Shown piece after piece: positions 15,968 through 23,488 of a stretch of DNA of 61,597 nucleotides. Positions within the stretch are counted from its first letter, which is position 1. The number at the start of each line of letters is the position of its first letter. The stretch comes from an uncultured Candidatus Saccharibacteria bacterium. GTDB lineage: Bacteria > Patescibacteriota > Minisyncoccia > Phycocordibacterales > PALSA-1337. Position numbers and translations under genes: made by a program. The stretch is from positions 1 to 61,597 of the forward strand of contig CAYVEL010000002.1 of NCBI GenBank assembly GCA_964450345.1, given 5' to 3'. The notes under the pieces are model-generated. The model was not told the origin of the DNA, did not search any database, and saw only the letters and a program-made list of their open reading frames with translations.

Positions 15968-16501
15968 TTATGCGGCTTTCTTACCCTGCTTTCTTCTAAT
16001 ATTCTCACCTTCATATCTGATACCCTTACCCTTATATGGTTCAGGCTTCTTGATAGCTTTGATCTTGTTAGCAAATGAGCCAACTAAATCCTTATCAATA
16101 CCAGAAATAGTGATGGTGGCTTTCTCAGCAACGACTTTAAGTCCTGCTGGAATTTCGACCTTTACTGTATGTGATAGACCTACAGACAAAGTGATGTCCT
16201 TAGGCTTCACGTCAAATTTGTAACCAATACCTTCAATAACCAACTTCTTCTCGAAAGGCTTGTGAACACCTTCTAGCATATTTCTTAAATGTGCTGCGTA
16301 TGTTCCCCATAGAGCCAGAGCTTCAAGAGTCTCTTCAACTGGAGTAAGAATTACTTCCTTTCCCTCCACCTTAATACTTACTGATGGTTTGAAAGATTTC
16401 TTTAATTCTCCTAGTGGACCCTTAACAACTAAAAAGCCGTCCTTAACAGAGACTTCGGTTTTTTCAGGTATTTGGATTGGTTTCTTTGCGATTCTTGACA
16501 T
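15968..16501 (-). CDS. rplF: 50S ribosomal protein L6
   Basis: MSRIAKKPIQIP...KGKGIRYEGE. spc-operon position. Confidence 0.95.
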   Translation of the reverse strand: MSRIAKKPIQIPEKTEVSVKDGFLVVKGPLGELKKSFKPSVSIKVEGKEVILTPVEETLEALALWGTYAAHLRNMLEGVHKPFEKKLVIEGIGYKFDVKPKDITLSVGLSHTVKVEIPAGLKVVAEKATITISGIDKDLVGSFANKIKAIKKPEPYKGKGIRYEGENIRRKQGKKAA

Positions 16502-16513
16502 ATGTTTTAGAAA

Positions 16514-16909
16514 TTACCAAATCTTGAATAATACCTCACCTCCGACATTCTGCTTTCTAGCATCTCCGTCGGTTAACACACCCTTTGGAGTAGATAAGAT
16601 AACGTTTCCAAAACCGTTTTTGAATACGTTAATATCCTTTGACTTCTGATAAAGTCTTCTTGAAAGGTGTGAAATTCTTTTAACTCCTCTAATACGAGGC
16701 TGACCGTCTACATAAAGGATCTCTATTACTAGAGTCTTTTCTGCAGGTGTATTTCCCTTAACTTCTACTGACTTAATGTAGCCAGATTTTAGAAGTACGT
16801 CTGCGATTGAATTACAAACTTTTGAGTAGGGGAAAGAAATAGCTGGAAGATTTGCATCACTAGCATTCTTAATCTTCACAATTAAATCTGCGATATGATC
16901 TCTTACCAT
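16514..16909 (-). CDS. rpsH: 30S ribosomal protein S8
   Basis: DHIADLIVKIKNA...ILSTPKGVLTD. It overlaps the rpsN stop by 7 nt. Confidence 0.95.
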   Translation of the reverse strand: MVRDHIADLIVKIKNASDANLPAISFPYSKVCNSIADVLLKSGYIKSVEVKGNTPAEKTLVIEILYVDGQPRIRGVKRISHLSRRLYQKSKDINVFKNGFGNVILSTPKGVLTDGDARKQNVGGEVLFKIW

Positions 16910-17088
16910 GATGATTTTTTAATGCCTGGAATTACTCCCTGGTTTGCGAACTCACGGAAGCATATTCTGCAAATATCAAAGTCACGCATATATCCATGCT
17001 TACGACCACAGCGGAAGCAACGTCTTACGACGCGCGATGCGAACTTTGGCTTTTTCTTTGCCCTAGCAATTACTGATGTTTTTGCCAT
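16903..17088 (-). CDS. rpsN: 30S ribosomal protein S14 type Z (zinc-binding)
   Basis: 61 aa with a CxxC...CxxC pattern (RCFRCGRKHGYMRDFDICRICFRE). Confidence 0.9.
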   Translation of the reverse strand: MAKTSVIARAKKKPKFASRVVRRCFRCGRKHGYMRDFDICRICFREFANQGVIPGIKKSSW

Positions 17089-17232
17089 ATGAGCTAGATT
17101 TTAATAATTACGCACTTAATAACAAAAAGAGAATTGGTTAGCTATGGTACACGGATTCTACGGCGTTAAGCCATATTTTCCGCATTTCCTAAGCTTCCAA
17201 TTACTGTTTTGCGCTCTCTTTTTGACCTAACA

Positions 17233-17261
17233 AATATAACAGAATACCTTTAAATAATCAA
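17233..17261 (-). promoter_or_regulatory. candidate sigma70-type promoter for rpsN and downstream genes (TTGATT-17-TATATT)
   Basis: On the minus strand, the -35 TTGATT is the complement of 17256-17261 and the -10 TATATT is the complement of 17233-17238, with a 17-nt spacer. It leaves a leader of about 140 nt before the rpsN ATG. Confidence 0.4.
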
Positions 17262-17281
17262 GGTTTATATAGTTTTAGAAG

Positions 17282-17320
17282 TAAAAATTAAAGCCCCTCG
17301 TCTATCCAGACGAGGGGGCT
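17282..17320 (-). terminator. GC-rich intrinsic terminator of ORF 17341-17778
   Basis: GCCCCTCGTCT-ATCC-AGACGAGGGGGC stem-loop, followed by a T-run on the minus strand (complement of GTAAAAATTAA). Confidence 0.6.
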
Positions 17321-17340
17321 GAAAAACCAAACTAAAACTG

Positions 17341-17778
17341 TTAGCGTCTGTAATCGCGGGGACCAGGATTACCACGAGGCGAACCACCATGATCATTAAA
17401 CCTTACCGGCGGACGTCCATCTACATGCCTGACACCATGTTCACGCCAGTGAGAATTATGGCTACGCCAATAATGGAAACGTTCTACCCTCGCCCGATCA
17501 CAAGGAAGCCAGACACCCGCCGAGAAATAGACATAGGTTCCACCGGAAAATCCGATGCAATCATTATCTACCCAGTAATAAAAATCTGGTGGACCATAAG
17601 TTACCACCTGAACTGTTACTGGTGCTGGCGGAGGAAGAATGACCGGAGGAGGCGGTGGTGGTAATGGCTCGCTGTATACCACGGGATGATATGGTTCATA
17701 ATATCCATGAACAACACATCCAGAAGTAAACATAGACAACGAAGCCAAAGACAGAATACTGAAATGCACAATTTTCAT
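17341..17778 (-). CDS. putative lipoprotein, GC-rich orphan (Pro-rich linker, His/Arg/Trp-rich C-terminal region)
   Basis: Signal peptide plus lipobox MKIVHFSILSLASLSMFTSG|C (start at M13 of the track ORF). PPPPPPVILPPPAP linker. Line 17401-17460 has 32/60 GC. Confidence 0.5.
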   Translation of the reverse strand: MKIVHFSILSLASLSMFTSGCVVHGYYEPYHPVVYSEPLPPPPPPVILPPPAPVTVQVVTYGPPDFYYWVDNDCIGFSGGTYVYFSAGVWLPCDRARVERFHYWRSHNSHWREHGVRHVDGRPPVRFNDHGGSPRGNPGPRDYRR

Positions 17779-17947
17779 ATAAAGAACTTGAAGTAACCCC
17801 TGAATTGAGATCACTTCGATTTATATTATGCCATATTTTTATAATAAAATCAATTCTTCATACAGCTATAAATAATCCACTTTTTTAAAAAAGACATAAG
17901 AAAACGGAGTTATAATAATTAATGGGTAAATTAACTATAGGAGTTAT

Positions 17948-18160
17948 ATGACAAAAGATCCTGTGGAGTTAGAAATTCTGAGACTAAATATTCTCAAAGC
18001 CCGCGAGGCCATTACAGGCTTCAATCGCTGGGTTGCGGGAGTTAATCTTGGCCATGATCCCACAAACACGGAATGTCTGAGATGGTATGTGGATCATGGC
18101 GGTCCTCAGAACTTTGCACAAAGATATTCTCCCGCAGACCAACAGGTGCTGGTTGCGTAG
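17948..18160 (+). CDS. hypothetical 70-aa protein, GC-rich orphan
   Basis: AGGAG lies 5 nt upstream of the ATG. A GC-rich terminator sits 12 nt after the TAG stop. No family recognised. Confidence 0.45.
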   Translation: MTKDPVELEILRLNILKAREAITGFNRWVAGVNLGHDPTNTECLRWYVDHGGPQNFAQRYSPADQQVLVA

Positions 18161-18172
18161 AGATTGATTACT

Positions 18173-18200
18173 AGCCCGCGCGTCACCGCGCGGGCTTTTA
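18173..18200 (+). terminator. intrinsic terminator of ORF 17948-18160
   Basis: AGCCCGCGCG-TCAC-CGCGCGGGCT followed by TTTTATGTTT. Confidence 0.65.
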
Positions 18201-18271
18201 TGTTTCCTGATATATTCCCCACCACAATCACTAATACAATATTAAAAAGAAACAACCGCGTTTTACCGCGG

Positions 18272-18496
18272 TCATTCTGATTGAATATTCGCCCGCCAAA
18301 TTAAATTTCCAGGACTTTGACCAACTATAAAAACAAAATAGTCATGCCTTTTAGCAGGCTCTCCTGAATCCAAATGCAGTAAACCGCACTGGGTACAGGC
18401 GTAAGCCACTTTAAAAACACCATCCTTTACAAATAATTCGGGTTTAGATTTATTTAGTGTTTTACCACAAACACAGCAAGTGTTGTTGTTTAACAT
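18272..18496 (-). CDS. hypothetical zinc-ribbon protein, GC-richer orphan
   Basis: 74 aa with CCVCG...CTQCG (two CxxC pairs). TGA stop. A small hairpin ACCGCG/CGCGGT (18255-18272) overlaps the stop. Confidence 0.4.
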   Translation of the reverse strand: MLNNNTCCVCGKTLNKSKPELFVKDGVFKVAYACTQCGLLHLDSGEPAKRHDYFVFIVGQSPGNLIWRANIQSE

Positions 18497-18618
18497 ATTC
18501 TAATAGAACTATGTTGCCTAATTAATACTAATATAAATATAGATAAAACTGAAACAAAAAAGTGATTAATAAATCCAAAGGAACACTCCCCAGAAATTTA
18601 TATTAAAAAATTTTATCT

Positions 18619-19533
18619 CTACCACCTTCCACTCGCACCACCACCTCCAGAAAGCCCTCCGCCAAAACCCCCACCGAAACCTCCTCTACTTCCACCATGA
18701 CCAGAGCCACCAAACCACATTCCGCCACCTGGACCATTCTTAAATGGACCGTGTTTAGATAGGAAATAATCTACTATTAATCCGATCAGGACCAAGATAA
18801 CTACAGAAACTAATCCGAATATTGCACTACCGATAATAATCCAGAGAATCACGCCTACTATAGCCCCGATAATTCCACCATGCCACCACGCTTTTGATTT
18901 TGCTAGGAATCTAAATAAACTAGAAACTATTATAAAAAATATAATGAAAATAAATTCACCAAAAGAAGAACCGAGTGTATTTTTTATAGAACCAACAACA
19001 TTATTTCCAGAATTAATTACTGGATAATATTCATAAGCACCAGAAGAAGCATTCTTAATATCTTCCACAGCGGCACTGATACCGTCATAGTAATTACCCG
19101 CCTTAAAAGCAGGAACTATTTTACTCTGAATTATCTGATTCGCTATACCATCTGTAATATATGGCTCTAGACCATATCCCACTTCTATTCTCACCTCCCT
19201 ATCGTCTTTAGCGATTAAGAGAAGTACACCATTGTCTTTCTTATTCTTACCGATTCCCCACTCTGCAAAAAGTTTAACTGCAAAATTCTCTATATAATCA
19301 CCCTTCATACTAGGAATGATTACTACTGCTATTTCATTAGTAGTACTAGCTTCAAAAAGTCTAAGAGAATTTTCTAGAAAATTTTTCTGATCGCTTGTTA
19401 GAGTACCAGTATAATCATTTACGAAACCAGTAGGAGTTCCTGGATTATAGTAAGCATTAGCAAAATTCGTAGTCGAAAATAAGCCGACTACGAATAATGT
19501 AAATGCTATTAATACTGAGGAAATCTTACGCAT
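18619..19533 (-). CDS. TPM-domain (YgcG-like) membrane protein
   Basis: Signal peptide, then a TPM pattern VNDYTGTLTSDQ...EIAVVIIPS...GVLLLIAKDDREVRIEVGYGLE, then TM helices and a Gly-rich tail. Confidence 0.8.
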   Translation of the reverse strand: MRKISSVLIAFTLFVVGLFSTTNFANAYYNPGTPTGFVNDYTGTLTSDQKNFLENSLRLFEASTTNEIAVVIIPSMKGDYIENFAVKLFAEWGIGKNKKDNGVLLLIAKDDREVRIEVGYGLEPYITDGIANQIIQSKIVPAFKAGNYYDGISAAVEDIKNASSGAYEYYPVINSGNNVVGSIKNTLGSSFGEFIFIIFFIIVSSLFRFLAKSKAWWHGGIIGAIVGVILWIIIGSAIFGLVSVVILVLIGLIVDYFLSKHGPFKNGPGGGMWFGGSGHGGSRGGFGGGFGGGLSGGGGASGRW

Positions 19534-19550
19534 TTAATAACCTAAAAAAA

Positions 19551-20114
19551 TTAAAACTTAACAGCTGGAGCCTTTTCTGAACCCTTATCAGCTTCGAAAT
19601 ATGCTCTATTTTCAAAACCAAATACTGAAGCTAGGACTGATGTTGGGAATCTCTTAATAGCAATACTGTATTCCTTTACTGCTTCATTATATCTTCCACG
19701 CTCTACGCTAACTCTGTTTTCTGTACCAGCAATCTCAGTCATTAATGTCTGAACATTGTCAGCTGATTTTAAAGTAGGATAATTCTCCATGATAGCAATA
19801 AGTCTACCTAGTGAAGTCTCTACAGCACCTGCGGCTTTAGCCTTCTCGTCTGGAGTAGTAGCACCCGCATATCCCTTTCTAGCTTCTGCAATAGCTGTGA
19901 AGATAGCTGTCTCCTGTTTCATTGTTCCCTGAACAGAAGCTACTAGATTAGGAATAAGGTCGAAACGTCTCTGATACTGTGATTCTACCTGTGCCCACTG
20001 AGTATTAACACTCTCATTAATAGTAACTAGTCTGTTATAACCGCTCCAAATGTATCCTATAACCAATAGGACCGCGACGGCTATAACCACTAAAATAATT
20101 GTTGATTTTTTCAT
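19551..20114 (-). CDS. lemA: LemA family protein
   Basis: 187 aa with an N-terminal TM helix. YNRLV...WAQVESQYQRRFDLIPNLV...YPTLKS...RYNEAV are typical LemA motifs. It is paired with the TPM gene. Confidence 0.85.
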   Translation of the reverse strand: MKKSTIILVVIAVAVLLVIGYIWSGYNRLVTINESVNTQWAQVESQYQRRFDLIPNLVASVQGTMKQETAIFTAIAEARKGYAGATTPDEKAKAAGAVETSLGRLIAIMENYPTLKSADNVQTLMTEIAGTENRVSVERGRYNEAVKEYSIAIKRFPTSVLASVFGFENRAYFEADKGSEKAPAVKF

Positions 20115-20160
20115 ATATTTAATTAAATTTACTCACATACCTATTATAGCAATATAATAA

Positions 20161-20200
20161 ATTAATAAAAATAAAAAGGCGCCGAATAAATTCGGCGCCT
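20161..20200 (-). terminator. GC-rich intrinsic terminator of ORF 20218-20757
   Basis: AGGCGCCGAA-TAAA-TTCGGCGCCT (20177-20200), followed on the minus strand by TTTTATTTTTATT. Confidence 0.6.
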
Positions 20201-20217
20201 TAACGAAACACGAGCAA

Positions 20218-20757
20218 TCAAAGATATGCGTGTTTTCCAAACTGGTGGCCCAGCTGGCGAACGACGGACTTCTCGACCAAAACTGCACACGGACTAGGCA
20301 GCAAATCTTCAAACCATTTCGCCGTAAAATCATGCTGAATCAGATAATGAACTTCTTCTTCAAGCATGAGAAATGGCGAATTAACGTCACAGGTAATACG
20401 GAAAGCATCATTGATGTCCCCCACATTATGGAGATTAAAGACCTCGTCGAAATGGATAAGCACCTTCCCGGAATATGCAGGTCCATGTCCTTCTCCATAC
20501 AGACAGATGACGGTCCCAGGCCAAGCCTTAACCCTCTTCAGTCCACCATCAGGAAAACTGTTAGTTTGCAAATAGACCACTCGAGTATTTTCCTTAAGCC
20601 AGCTACTTGACCTGTGATTCGGATGAGGTATGTCTGACAGGTTATGAACCGCGACTTCTTCTCCCTCTCCGGCAACTGCAGTTAAACGATCCCCTCCGTG
20701 ATTCGGTATTCTTTTTCCACTCATAATAAACAATGTTCGGTTTAGCAGAATTCCCAT
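20218..20757 (-). CDS. hypothetical protein, GC-rich orphan
   Basis: 179-aa ORF (an alternative start is M12 at 20724). Line 20461-20520 has 33/60 GC. TGA stop. No family recognised. Confidence 0.45.
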   Translation of the reverse strand: MGILLNRTLFIMSGKRIPNHGGDRLTAVAGEGEEVAVHNLSDIPHPNHRSSSWLKENTRVVYLQTNSFPDGGLKRVKAWPGTVICLYGEGHGPAYSGKVLIHFDEVFNLHNVGDINDAFRITCDVNSPFLMLEEEVHYLIQHDFTAKWFEDLLPSPCAVLVEKSVVRQLGHQFGKHAYL

Positions 20758-20837
20758 TTCTGCCGTATTTTCATACTATTTATACAACTTTTAAGCAATA
20801 AAGTCAATAAGAAAAAGTATTAGGGCACACTATTACA

Positions 20838-20865
20838 ATGAAAAGCGCCGGTGGTTCCGGCGCTT
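20838..20865 (-). terminator. GC-rich hairpin after ORF 20879-21316
   Basis: AAGCGCCGG-TGGTT-CCGGCGCTT, followed on the minus strand by TTTTCATT. Confidence 0.45.
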
Positions 20866-20878
20866 GAAAAAACTAAAA

Positions 20879-21316
20879 TCAACAATGAAATTCTTCGGCT
20901 TGATAGTCAAAATTCCGAAGAGCTTCCGCTATCCCCCTGATGACAGACTCAGGATATACACCCTCATACCACTTCATCGCTTTTTCTAAATCCCGAAGGA
21001 TCAATGCTTCTTCGTAATGCAAAAGAAGCGGACAATTAATCTTAACACTGCGCTCGTGTGCATCGTCAGCATTGTCTGCTAATGAATTAAATGGCTGATC
21101 GCCCCAGATTATCGTCTCAGTCACATTATCTATTCCACAATGCGAAGATGCTGTGCTTGAGATTTTACCGGAACGAACGAATGGAAGATTGCCCTTAAAA
21201 TAAATAAGGACCACCTTATCACCGAAAGAGATCCATCCTGCTTTACGCTCCGCTGGAAGGATAACTTCGGCGGCAGTATCCGCCCCGCTTTTCTTAACCG
21301 GCGCTATAGTTTTCAT
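20879..21316 (-). CDS. hypothetical protein, GC-rich orphan
   Basis: 145-aa ORF with a TGA stop. There is no SD. A -10-like TGTAAT ends 6 nt before the ATG, with TTGTAA 18 nt upstream of it, so the mRNA may be leaderless. Confidence 0.45.
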   Translation of the reverse strand: MKTIAPVKKSGADTAAEVILPAERKAGWISFGDKVVLIYFKGNLPFVRSGKISSTASSHCGIDNVTETIIWGDQPFNSLADNADDAHERSVKINCPLLLHYEEALILRDLEKAMKWYEGVYPESVIRGIAEALRNFDYQAEEFHC

Positions 21317-21579
21317 ATTTAAATTACATCAGAGGTTTATGTTGATTTACAAGGTTCTTTTAGACACGGCTACACTCATAACCATGACGAACACTTCTAA
21401 TACCGAGCCCTCGGACCATAACCCTAATTTTTCACTCTAGTTCACTTCCCTGACTTTAATAGTAGCTGTGTACTCGAGAATATGCAAACTTCTAAAGAAA
21501 AACAAAAATAAAGAAATTCTAAAGTTAAATCAACAAGCGCATATTGAATATCTCCCCCACGCGCGATAATCTAATAAAC

Positions 21580-22284
21580 ATGAAAATACTAGTCGTAGAA
21601 GATGATAGATTCCTAGCAGATTCTATTTCTCTAAATCTCACTCGAGATGGTTTTATTGTCGATAAAAGTTATTCGGGGAAAGATGGGTCATATCTGGCGA
21701 GGACGAGTCATTATGATCTTGTAATACTAGATTACTATTTAGGAGACACTTTAGGATTAGATGTCACCAGAGAAATTAGAGCGAAAGATAAAGCGACTAA
21801 AATACTAGTTTTATCTGGAGAAATAGACTCGACTATAAAAGCTAAAATACTAGATGCTGGGGCTGATGACTACATAAATAAGCCTTTCTCTTATATAGAG
21901 TTAGTGGCTAGAATAAATGCTTTAAACAGAAGGAGTAACCATATGGAAGATGATTTTTACAATATACATGATTTATTTATAGACACGAAAAGAAACATTG
22001 TTAAAAGAGGTGGGAAAAATGTAGTTTTAACAAATAAAGAATTTAACCTACTGGAACTACTCGTTAAAGCCAATGGGATAATAGTAAACAGATCGGAGAT
22101 AATGGAGACTGTATGGAAAAAAGAAGCTGATCCTTTTTCGAATACAATAGAATCCCATATAGTAAATTTGAGGAGAAAAATAAATCTAGACAACAAAAAA
22201 AGAAATCTAATAATATCCTGTCATGGAAAAGGGTACCGAATAGATATTAATCAATATGGAAACAATACAACACAAAACAGTTAA
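21580..22284 (+). CDS. OmpR-family response regulator
   Basis: Receiver MKILVVEDD...DLVILD...LSG..D...KPF, plus a winged-helix output (LTNKEFNLLELL...GKGYRI). The start is set at the ATG at 21580 rather than the TTG at 21544. Confidence 0.85.
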   Translation: MKILVVEDDRFLADSISLNLTRDGFIVDKSYSGKDGSYLARTSHYDLVILDYYLGDTLGLDVTREIRAKDKATKILVLSGEIDSTIKAKILDAGADDYINKPFSYIELVARINALNRRSNHMEDDFYNIHDLFIDTKRNIVKRGGKNVVLTNKEFNLLELLVKANGIIVNRSEIMETVWKKEADPFSNTIESHIVNLRRKINLDNKKRNLIISCHGKGYRIDINQYGNNTTQNS

Positions 22285-23488
22285 ATCTTTCTCAAAATTA
22301 CACATATTAATATCTATAACGCTTATATTTAGTTATATATACTCAATATATTTTTATAATTCAATTTATAGACCAATTACTCTATTATTTTTAATATTTT
22401 CAATTACAGCACACATTTATATAATTTTTAACAAAACAAATAAATACAATACCCTAATATTTATTTCCACTTTTGTCTCCATATTTTTTTATAGCATATT
22501 AACTTGGGGATCTTTATCTTCTGTAGTATTTATTTTTTGTTCAATAATGTTAATAGAATTTTCTACAATATTAAACTATAAAAGATACAACTTAATATCA
22601 ACAATAATAATATGTTCGATATTAATAGATATGATACTAAAAGAATACATATCTACTGATGTGTTAGTTAGAATTCTTTTTATAATATTAATTCATGCTA
22701 TATGTTTAATATATAAAAAAGAATTCGAAAAGAATATAAATAAAGTAAAAGAAACTACTGAAAAATTAGAATATTTAGATAGCGCAAATGAAAATATAAT
22801 TTCAAAAACCATTAACAAAACTTCAGATCAAATCAAAATAAATACTCTATACAGATCAACGATACATGATTTGATATCTATTGTGATGAGATTTGAAATG
22901 AATGATGAAACAAGAGAGAAAGAGGAAAATAAACTTAAATATCTAAGAGAACTTATTAAAAACACAATGAGAAACAATGAAACTTCGGATACAAAAACAA
23001 TTGATATTAAAAATGATATATCATCTTTAATAAGTGTTTTTGAGAATATATGTACAAGAGAAAATATTAAAATTACATATTCAACAACACTTAATAAATT
23101 GATCTTGGGAGAAAACAAATACTACCTACTCCAATCAATTTATAATATTGTTAATAATTCTATTGAAAATTTAAAATATTCTTATAAAAAACTTAAAATA
23201 ATTGAAATAAACGCTTTCCAATCTAAAGACAGTCTTAAAATAATAATTAAAGACAATGGTACTGGTATTAACAAAAATATAGAAAATGATATCTTTAGAC
23301 CACTCTTTTCAACAAAAGATTCCTCTACAAATTTAGGCATAGGACTATCAATTGTTAAAGATTATATTGAAAACAAACTAAATGGAACAATACTTATAGA
23401 AAGCACTGAAGATGGAACTATTTTCAGTTTTAATATACCATGTACACATGACCCTAATCTCCCTCCTCCCCCTAAAAAAGTCAGTTAA
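22256..23488 (+). CDS. sensor histidine kinase
   Basis: About 5 N-terminal TM helices. H-box RSTIHDLISIV. HATPase N/G boxes NNSIENL, KDNGTGI, NLGIGLSIVK. About 17% GC in some lines. It overlaps the regulator gene by 29 nt. Confidence 0.75.
   Translation: METIQHKTVKSFSKLHILISITLIFSYIYSIYFYNSIYRPITLLFLIFSITAHIYIIFNKTNKYNTLIFISTFVSIFFYSILTWGSLSSVVFIFCSIMLIEFSTILNYKRYNLISTIIICSILIDMILKEYISTDVLVRILFIILIHAICLIYKKEFEKNINKVKETTEKLEYLDSANENIISKTINKTSDQIKINTLYRSTIHDLISIVMRFEMNDETREKEENKLKYLRELIKNTMRNNETSDTKTIDIKNDISSLISVFENICTRENIKITYSTTLNKLILGENKYYLLQSIYNIVNNSIENLKYSYKKLKIIEINAFQSKDSLKIIIKDNGTGINKNIENDIFRPLFSTKDSSTNLGIGLSIVKDYIENKLNGTILIESTEDGTIFSFNIPCTHDPNLPPPPKKVS

Noticed and set aside
10562-16649. 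Antisense ORFs inside conserved genes: 10562-11002, 11312-11548, 11837-12202, 13225-13413, 14520-14708, 14788-15174, 15205-15462, 15858-16223 and 16389-16649.
   Set aside because: They lie entirely opposite well-supported genes, have low-complexity Ser/Leu/Phe-rich translations and lack start signals. They are typical shadow ORFs.
20133-20610. ORFs 20133-20333, 20230-20610 and 20366-20575.
   Set aside because: They overlap or oppose the better-supported 20218-20757 ORF and its terminator hairpin. They show no independent signals.
17282-21316. GC-rich ORFs each followed by an imperfect palindrome, possibly an integron-like gene-cassette array with attC sites.
   Set aside because: No integrase is present and there are no conserved GTTRRRY/RYYYAAC core sites at the hairpin bases. 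The hairpins are short with T-runs (ordinary terminators), orientations are mixed, and the ORFs are interspersed with housekeeping genes.
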